From Bacteroidota bacterium (GTDB lineage Bacteria; Bacteroidota; Bacteroidia; Chitinophagales; BACL12): a DNA stretch of 64,000 bases. The position numbers were made by a program, and so were the translations under genes. Shown piece by piece: positions 62,809 through 64,000 of this stretch (positions are counted from its first letter, which is position 1; every line of letters begins with the position of its first letter). Location of the stretch: assembly GCA_016718035.1 (NCBI GenBank), contig JADKEK010000010.1, positions 120,289-184,288 of the forward strand. The letters are read 5' to 3'. The notes below the pieces were generated by a model. That model did not search any database. It was not told the origin of the DNA and saw only the letters and a program-made list of their open reading frames with translations.

Positions 62809-64000
62809 TTACCCCTCTAAATAATCTCTCAAATATTCAAACTCACTGCCCAGGTTACCATTAACGGTTATACTGGCATCATTTATCATGCTGGAGTTTT
62901 CTTTGAAAAATTCATCCCACACCGATTTAATCAATAATGAACCAAATTCTTCGCTTGCACTTCTAGGTAATTCATTCGGTAAATTATCAATTGCCATAAT
63001 ATCAATTGATTCAGGAATATAAGGTGCTATTTCTAACTCGGTATTTACATCATATCCATAAACAGGTTCGTTAATGGTGGTAGACCGTATAGTGGCAGGC
63101 ACACCTCCGTTAACATCGCAGCTTACATCTGCAATAACTTTAATTCGCCAATTCGGATTGCGCATGTCTTCTTTTGAAAATAATTGAGGCGCAGCTGGAC
63201 TCCAAAAAATACAATTAATCAGAACATCACATTTATTCATAAAATAATTAAATGTGCATTTATATAATTCCGGATGATGATGGAATTCATCTTTATTAAA
63301 TCCGCCATCGCTTTTGCGGTCGTATAAATCGTCACTATCTAAAACACAATATACCGCTTCATTAAATTCATAATTTAAAAACTCATCTTTGGTAACACGT
63401 TTTAATTTTATGTCATCCAAAAACTCAACAGCTCCTTTACCAACTCTTCCGGTGCCTGTGACAATAATTTTTACATTCGGAATTTTTAATCCTTTATATT
63501 GAAATTTTAATTCATTATAATCACGGCAATCTTTTGCACGTTTTAAATGTTCTTCATCAATACGTTGTCCTAAAGTCCACAATGCATTATGCGCACCAAT
63601 AATACCTGCCCAACGTCCAAATGCAATTACCCGAATGCCATGTTCATCTTTTAAACATTCATAATCTATCATTCGGATATTTTTTTTCACCAATTGTTGC
63701 AACAACTTTCTGTTTTGTGGTTGTTTTTTAATTGTGTGAGAAAAAAACAGGTATGTTTTATCCGGAATAAGTAAATCGTAAGGCACTTCTTTTACACCCA
63801 TTATGATATCACAGTCTCGCAAGTCCTCTTGTAAAGTAATACCGGCATCTTCAAATTCATAATCGGCAAAGCAACGTCCTTTACTCGGTTGCACTACAAT
63901 ATCGATTTCAGGAAAACCGGATTTTAATTGTTGAATTTGACTTGGAATTATCGGTATACGGGCATCCGGCGGAAATTTCGCCTCGCGTAAAATGCCTATC
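62809..64000 (-). CDS. Alanine dehydrogenase/PNT-fold NAD(P) oxidoreductase (saccharopine/lysine-ketoglutarate reductase-like); the 5' end lies outside the window
   Basis: The frame stays open to nt 64000 (…IGILREAKFPPDARIPIIPSQIQQLKSGFPEIDIVVQPSKGRCF…). It has the Rossmann motif VTGTGRVGKGA. I have seen similar N-terminal wording in LKR/SDH-like enzymes. Confidence 0.6.
   Translation of the reverse strand, partial: IGILREAKFPPDARIPIIPSQIQQLKSGFPEIDIVVQPSKGRCFADYEFEDAGITLQEDLRDCDIIMGVKEVPYDLLIPDKTYLFFSHTIKKQPQNRKLLQQLVKKNIRMIDYECLKDEHGIRVIAFGRWAGIIGAHNALWTLGQRIDEEHLKRAKDCRDYNELKFQYKGLKIPNVKIIVTGTGRVGKGAVEFLDDIKLKRVTKDEFLNYEFNEAVYCVLDSDDLYDRKSDGGFNKDEFHHHPELYKCTFNYFMNKCDVLINCIFWSPAAPQLFSKEDMRNPNWRIKVIADVSCDVNGGVPATIRSTTINEPVYGYDVNTELEIAPYIPESIDIMAIDNLPNELPRSASEEFGSLLIKSVWDEFFKENSSMINDASITVNGNLGSEFEYLRDYLEG

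Noticed and set aside
62643-62864. A 73-aa ORF downstream of the sigma factor, considered as a possible anti-sigma factor
   Set aside because: It has no TM helix or zinc-finger anti-sigma motif. It overlaps the 3' end of the convergent dehydrogenase gene and spans repeat-like words.

Overview
This is an AT-rich chromosomal segment that reads as Bacteroidota. The evidence is nine secreted proteins with T9SS C-terminal sorting domains, TAnnTTTG-type -7 promoter boxes upstream of many genes, and an ExbB-ExbD-ExbD-TonB cluster. I count about 60 protein genes and one tRNA-Cys(GCA). I found no rRNA, CRISPR array, transposase, integrase or phage genes. Housekeeping content includes aconitase, rpsF-rpsR-rplI, purK, a damaged purE, hemJ, mtnA, mqnD/mqnB, folB, gcdH, dnaB, tgt and a LptF/G-type permease. 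Regulatory genes are a LytS-like kinase with a LytTR regulator, and an ECF-type sigma factor. Six things stand out. (1) An ORF-free, nested-palindrome repeat family occurs at three loci (22781-23720, 55750-56216, 58043-58355), with a possible relic near 62690. Locus 1 is bounded by 41-nt inverted repeats, and the other two loci bracket dnaB. I cannot assign the family to any known element from sequence alone. (2) Four uncharacterised paralogous T9SS cargo proteins lie at 13224-20574, interrupted by an orphan FtsX/MacB-type permease. (3) Three genes (CotH/LTD, a FISUMP-domain protein, a GT2 glycosyltransferase) are each split by a one-base deficit in a plus-strand A-run, which looks like homopolymer undercalling. 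(4) purE carries an in-frame loss of about 55 codons that removes its catalytic motifs. (5) One protein has six exact 19-aa Trp-rich repeats. (6) A perfect 9-bp direct repeat with a 12-bp spacer sits upstream of the kinase/LytTR operon. All product calls come from motif recognition by eye; no database search was run.
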